DNA from: a virus
Taxonomy: Duplodnaviria; Caudoviricetes
DNA length: 64,000 nt
Virus record (IMG/VR): IMGVR_UViG_3300020037_008176
Coordinates: 38,305-102,304 of that record
Reading direction: 5' to 3' (one strand)
Within the stretch, counting starts at the first letter, position 1. Each line of letters opens with the position of its first letter. The position numbers and the translations under genes were made by a program. The notes below the pieces were generated by a model that was not told the DNA's origin, did not search any database, and worked only from the letters and a program-made list of their open reading frames with translations. This document shows positions 60,308 through 64,000 of this stretch, in pieces.

Positions 60308-60879
60308 AAATAGAAAAATATTGTATAAATCAACACAAAAATACCAATCATTATTATGATGAGTATTTACCTTATGAATTTCATCTTAGAATGGTTGTGA
60401 ATGCAGCAGAAAAATATTCATTTCTTTTAGATGATAAAAAAGATTATACTACTGGTAAAAAACAAGAAGAAATTGGCCATTTTGATAGATCTGAGATTAT
60501 TACATTGCGTGAAGCTTGTATGAGAGCTGCTTGGGGTCATGATTTAATTGAAGATACAAGAACTTCATTTAATGATGTTAAAGAACAATTAGGTGAGGCA
60601 GCAGCAGAAATTGTTTTTGCTGTAACTAATGAAAAAGGTAAAACAAGAAAAGATAGAGCAAACAAAAGATATTATGATGGAATCAGAGCTACTCAAGGAG
60701 CAGTATTTGTAAAATTATGTGATAGAATAGCTAATGTACAATATTCTAAAATGACTCAATCAAAAATGTTTAAAAAATATAGAGATGAAAATCCAAATTT
60801 TATTGAGAGTTTAGGTTTTAAACCTAATCATTCATATAAATTAATGTTTAATGAATTAATAGCACTATTTAATGGATAA
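60304..60879 (+). CDS. HD-domain hydrolase, RelA/SpoT hydrolase (Mesh1-like)
   Basis: PY.FHL..V, AAWGHDLIEDT, V.AVT, VKLCDRIAN. Confidence 0.85.
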   Translation: MKIEKYCINQHKNTNHYYDEYLPYEFHLRMVVNAAEKYSFLLDDKKDYTTGKKQEEIGHFDRSEIITLREACMRAAWGHDLIEDTRTSFNDVKEQLGEAAAEIVFAVTNEKGKTRKDRANKRYYDGIRATQGAVFVKLCDRIANVQYSKMTQSKMFKKYRDENPNFIESLGFKPNHSYKLMFNELIALFNG

Positions 60880-61153
60880 AAGAAGTACTCACCCAGTTGA
60901 TATTAAGAATTGGATTGAAAAGGTAATGGATTCTTGTGAAACAGTTCAACAATTAATTAAAGCTGATCGTTTAAGAGATAATTTTTATAAATTATTAGAA
61001 AGAAATATTGTTAAAAGAAAATATTATATATTTGGGGGGGTTAAAAATGAAGAACAATGGTCTAAAGAATATGATAATATGCTTGATTTGATTAGAGACT
61101 TAGATACTCATTTTTTAATTAAATTAAATCAACTAGATAAATTTAACAAATAA
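60872..61153 (+). CDS. Hypothetical protein
   Basis: 93-aa ORF. Confidence 0.65.
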   Translation: MDKRSTHPVDIKNWIEKVMDSCETVQQLIKADRLRDNFYKLLERNIVKRKYYIFGGVKNEEQWSKEYDNMLDLIRDLDTHFLIKLNQLDKFNK

Positions 61154-61155
61154 AT

Positions 61156-61350
61156 ATGGAAATACTAATTATTGTTTTAATCGTTTTATTATTATTTTCT
61201 AATTCTGAGTTATCTTCTTTTACGAATGAAAATAAAGAATTAACTAAGAAATATGATGAATTACATGAAGAAAATCTTAGATTAAAAAGAGAAATTCGCG
61301 AAGAAAAAAATAAAAATATTTTATTACAATCCCTAATAAATAAAAAATGA
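61156..61350 (+). CDS. Small membrane-anchored coiled-coil protein
   Basis: N-terminal hydrophobic segment. Confidence 0.6.
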   Translation: MEILIIVLIVLLLFSNSELSSFTNENKELTKKYDELHEENLRLKREIREEKNKNILLQSLINKK

Positions 61351-61514
61351 AACCAGTATTTTGTCCTAAATGTCATAAACGAGTTAACCCACCTACATTC
61401 TTAAAAAATATAAAAATAGCAGATGGTGGAGGAATTAAATTAAAATGTGCTGATCCAAAATGTAAAGGTATTGTTAAATATAAATTCCCAAGTAAAGAAG
61501 ATGAAAATATTTAA
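61347..61514 (+). CDS. Small Zn-ribbon protein (55 aa)
   Basis: MKPVFCPKCHKR..KCADPKCKG; translated by hand; ATGA-coupled to the upstream gene. Confidence 0.65.
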   Translation: MKPVFCPKCHKRVNPPTFLKNIKIADGGGIKLKCADPKCKGIVKYKFPSKEDENI

Positions 61515-61689
61515 TATTTTTAAGAAAAAAATTATTATACCACTTGTTCGAAAAGGTGTAGAAACTGGACAATGGATTGAATGTTATAAAAATGATGACA
61601 TTTATAAAAAATTAGTTATATTATATGGTGAACCACTTCCAAAACAAATAGAAGTAGAACCATTAATCCCAGAAGAAGATCTTAAATAA
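61501..61689 (+). CDS. Hypothetical protein
   Basis: ATG 61501 preferred over the upstream GTG at 61447. Confidence 0.55.
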   Translation: MKIFNIFKKKIIIPLVRKGVETGQWIECYKNDDIYKKLVILYGEPLPKQIEVEPLIPEEDLK

Positions 61690-61746
61690 AAAATTAGGAT
61701 TTCAAAATTTTCAATCATATATTTAAAAATATAAAAAATAAAGGTT

Positions 61747-61932
61747 ATGTTTACATTTATCGCACAAGATTTTCAAGGAAATTCTTACATTTCAAGACAA
61801 CGTTTTGAAACTAAAGAACAAGTAGAAGAAAAAGCTTTTGATTTATTAGATTATCACTTTATAGCTTCCATAGAAATTGTAAATTGTAAGGATATGATTT
61901 GTTTTAATTCATTAAATCCACAATTAAATTAA
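61747..61932 (+). CDS. Hypothetical protein
   Basis: Promoter motif and AAAGGTTATG start. Confidence 0.7.
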   Translation: MFTFIAQDFQGNSYISRQRFETKEQVEEKAFDLLDYHFIASIEIVNCKDMICFNSLNPQLN

Positions 61933-61937
61933 AATTA

Positions 61938-62010
61938 GCGCCCTTAGCTCAGTGGTAGAAGCAATTCCCTCATAAGGAATAGGTCGTAGGTTCAATCCCT
62001 ACAGGGCGCA
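61938..62010 (+). tRNA. tRNA with CAT anticodon (elongator Met or Ile2); CCA not encoded
   Basis: Acceptor GCGCCCT/AGGGCGC-A, D arm TAGCTCAGTGGTAGAAGC, anticodon arm ATTCC-CTCATAA-GGAAT, T arm GTAGG-TTCAATC-CCTAC. Confidence 0.93.
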
Positions 62011-62024
62011 CTAAAAATAAATAA

Positions 62025-62210
62025 ATGAAACAACGTGATATTTATCAAGAACTTAGAACTATTGGATTAACACATGATCAATGTAGTGAGGTTATGGATT
62101 TAATTAATACACTACCAATCCAAATTTTAGAAGGAATAACTGACACAAAAGTAAGTATATTAGATGGTATAATCAAAGTAGAACCTATGAATATAAATGT
62201 AAAATTTTAA
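62025..62210 (+). CDS. Hypothetical protein
   Basis: 61-aa ORF. Confidence 0.6.
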   Translation: MKQRDIYQELRTIGLTHDQCSEVMDLINTLPIQILEGITDTKVSILDGIIKVEPMNINVKF

Positions 62211-62214
62211 ACAA

Positions 62215-62517
62215 ATGAAACTAAAATTAATTATATTAACATTTTTAGCATTTTTAGCATTAAATGTAAATGCACAACAAAAATCTAAAAAAACACATTC
62301 ATCTGATAAAGCAGGTATAGGTTTAGTAACCGTTGGAGCTATTTCAATGAGTATTGGATTCCTAATCCCAGATGGTTCAGAATGGACATTTTCAAAAGGA
62401 TATAATTCACAAGTTATAACAAAACCATTTTATAGAAATCCATCCCGTGTAGCTTGTATTGGGGTAGGTTTAACCTTGAGTATTGGAGGATTAATTTATA
62501 ATAAAAACCATAGATAA
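62215..62517 (+). CDS. Secreted/membrane hypothetical protein
   Basis: Signal peptide (..VNA-Q) and two Gly-rich hydrophobic segments. Confidence 0.7.
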   Translation: MKLKLIILTFLAFLALNVNAQQKSKKTHSSDKAGIGLVTVGAISMSIGFLIPDGSEWTFSKGYNSQVITKPFYRNPSRVACIGVGLTLSIGGLIYNKNHR

Positions 62518-62519
62518 AA

Positions 62520-62678
62520 ATGGAAGAAGAATTAAGAAATGCTTTGTTAGAAGCATCAATATGGGAAGGACAATTAACTGAATACGAAAGAACACAAATA
62601 AGTTTTTTAGAAGCAAGAAAATGTGTAGTTGATAGAATATTTGAAAAATATAAAAATAAAATAATCAAAACAAAATGA
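62520..62678 (+). CDS. Small hypothetical protein (52 aa)
   Basis: MEEELRNALLEASIWEGQL..; fills the gap; ATGA-coupled to the next gene. Confidence 0.6.
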   Translation: MEEELRNALLEASIWEGQLTEYERTQISFLEARKCVVDRIFEKYKNKIIKTK

Positions 62679-62863
62679 TATCAGAAGATAAATTAGGATT
62701 AGCTGAAGTTGCAATTGAAAAACTAGCTGAAGCTTTGAGTATGTCTGAAAGTGATGTGGTTAGAATATTAAGAGAAGGAATGGAAAATATTAGTCCAATA
62801 TATGGACAATTAGGTAAAACACATCAATATTTTATTGATGAGATGGAAGCAACATTTTGTTAA
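62675..62863 (+). CDS. Hypothetical protein
   Basis: 62-aa ORF ending about 10 nt before the first attC-like site. Confidence 0.65.
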   Translation: MISEDKLGLAEVAIEKLAEALSMSESDVVRILREGMENISPIYGQLGKTHQYFIDEMEATFC

Positions 62864-62872
62864 AATTATTAC

Positions 62873-63004
62873 GTATAACGGTTGGGTATTGTTGTCTGTT
62901 GGCGACTTAAACCACAAATGTTAATTTGAAAAACAAAATTATATATGAGTACAAAAGTTAAATCGAAGCACAAAACCGCCAATAGCAACAATACCTTGTT
63001 ATCG
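62873..63004. mobile_element. attC-like recombination site 1
   Basis: GTATAAC..GGTATTGTTGTCTGTTGGCG / 72-nt loop / CGCCAATAGCAACAATACC..GTTATCG. Confidence 0.7.
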
Positions 63005-63271
63005 GCTGCCTTTCTTCAAAGTAAGGGCTTCAAATTGGTAGAGGAAAGTCCGTTTGAAAATTTCAATATGCCTTATTATGTGAAGGAAGGTGTAATACTT
63101 TTATTTAACACGCCAATAACCGAATGGAATGAAAGTGATTTCCTTGTAGGTAGTGCTGAAATGAGATGCGGGAAGTATTATGCTGTTGCTTTTCGTTGGA
63201 TAAAAGAGCAAAAAGATATTATTGAAATTTACAAAGCGGTAAAAGGTAAGGATTTAGATGGTGTCGGTTAA
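62945..63271 (+). CDS. Cassette 1 hypothetical protein (start codon inside site 1 loop)
   Basis: 108-aa ORF; its stop overlaps the cassette-terminal inverted repeat. Confidence 0.7.
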   Translation: MSTKVKSKHKTANSNNTLLSAAFLQSKGFKLVEESPFENFNMPYYVKEGVILLFNTPITEWNESDFLVGSAEMRCGKYYAVAFRWIKEQKDIIEIYKAVKGKDLDGVG

Positions 63272-63277
63272 GGTTGC

Positions 63278-63371
63278 CGATAACGGTTGGCAATATGAAA
63301 CGGTTGCCTTATAGTTCGTTTCAATTTTATTAATAAGCCTGATGGCAACTGTTTTATATTGCTTGTTAGGC
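63278..63371. mobile_element. attC-like recombination site 2
   Basis: CGATAAC..GCAATATGAAACGGTTGCC / 35-nt loop / GGCAACTGTTTTATATTGC..GTTAGGC (canonical GTTRRRY). Confidence 0.75.
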
Positions 63372-63412
63372 ACAGTACGGTATTAATTAGTAATTTTTAA
63401 AATAATAAAAGT

Positions 63413-63871
63413 ATGAGAAATAGTAAAGAACAAATGCTGTATTCAGCGAAAAAAATGAGAGAAATATTAGCATCTATTGAAGGTATATTAGATGGATATG
63501 AAGGAATTGAAGGCAATAAATCATACGTTAGTTACTGTCTTAAAAAAGCAAAATTAGCTAATGAAGATGACTCGAAATTGAAACAGTTGTATGATGATAC
63601 ATTTAACGTAGATATAAATCTACGAAAAGGAATTAATATTGCAACGCTGTTACATATTATTGAAAATTACTTCAAATTACTCGATGATATTGATACAGCA
63701 AGTGATATGTTTAAACCAACTTGGTGTAAGATTACAAGTGTTGTAAGTAAGTTAGATAGTTTGCGATGGTTGTATTGCACTGTTGATAGTGATAGAAACG
63801 AAGAAGGTAATATGATTGTAAATGGGGATTGTTTCAAAAGAGAAGAACGTATCATTTTATCACTTTCGTAG
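63413..63871 (+). CDS. Cassette 2 hypothetical protein
   Basis: 152-aa ORF; stop immediately before site 3. Confidence 0.75.
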   Translation: MRNSKEQMLYSAKKMREILASIEGILDGYEGIEGNKSYVSYCLKKAKLANEDDSKLKQLYDDTFNVDINLRKGINIATLLHIIENYFKLLDDIDTASDMFKPTWCKITSVVSKLDSLRWLYCTVDSDRNEEGNMIVNGDCFKREERIILSLS

Positions 63872-63877
63872 TATTGT

Positions 63878-64000
63878 GCCTAACGTTTCTCGGCTTTGCT
63901 TTGTTGCGGAAAAGTAAGCCAAAACTTTGAGTTAAAAACAAAATTAACAAATATAAACCGAACATCAAGTTAAGCCTAAAACCGCAATAGAGCAAAACCG
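63878..64000. mobile_element. attC-like recombination site 3 (right end cut by window)
   Basis: GCCTAAC (canonical RYYYAAC)..CGGCTTTGCTTTGTTGCGG / 72-nt loop / CCGCAATAGAGCAAAACCG. Confidence 0.7.

Noticed and set aside
62520-62872. A cassette upstream of site 1
   Set aside because: No complement of ACGTATAAC (GTTATACG) was found upstream by eye, so its left boundary cannot be supported.
970-63855. Minus-strand ORFs in the track, and nested plus-strand ORFs at 27455, 54711-region, 55284 and 57079
   Set aside because: They overlap well-supported + strand genes and lack recognisable motifs; treated as shadows.
1-64000. Stop-codon reassignment
   Set aside because: The standard code gives dense, full-length genes, and TAA, TAG and TGA all terminate plausible ORFs.
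62873-64000. Simple rho-independent terminators as the explanation for the terminal palindromes
   Set aside because: Loops are 35-72 nt, there are no poly-T tails, one ORF reads through an arm, and terminators do not explain the cassette-end complementarity.

Overview
Very AT-rich, gene-dense segment of a large lytic dsDNA phage, with essentially all genes on the + strand. The host is probably Bacteroidota (inference: no Shine-Dalgarno sites, A-rich start regions, a lipoprotein, Zn-free QueC). 0-26 kb: T4-like replication core (SSB, RecA/UvsX, 5'-3' exonuclease, DnaB-like helicase, class I RNR, family B polymerase, sliding clamp, clamp loader, Cas4-like nuclease), GroES/GroEL and a 7-deazaguanine DNA-modification cluster (TGT/DpdA-like, queC, queD, queE, folE). 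26-45 kb: glycosylation island with glycosyltransferases, methyltransferases, DegT, WbqC, an acetyltransferase and 2OG oxygenases; it also holds an Acb1-like 2H phosphoesterase and a thaumatin-like lipoprotein. 45-63 kb: small accessory genes (DksA-like, AT-hook, GH73 lysin, SHAEG-repeat fibre, Mesh1-like HD hydrolase, tRNA-CAU). Eight free-standing homing endonucleases are scattered through the window, and two promoter-like motif classes recur. The most striking signal is in the last 1.1 kb: an integron-like array in which single-ORF cassettes are separated by three attC-like imperfect palindromes, and each cassette's two ends are complementary to each other. No integrase lies in the window. 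A second notable signal is a conserved, unannotated small ORF overlapping the start of two different GIY-YIG endonucleases at an identical 97-nt offset. All family assignments come from motif recognition by eye; no database searches were run.
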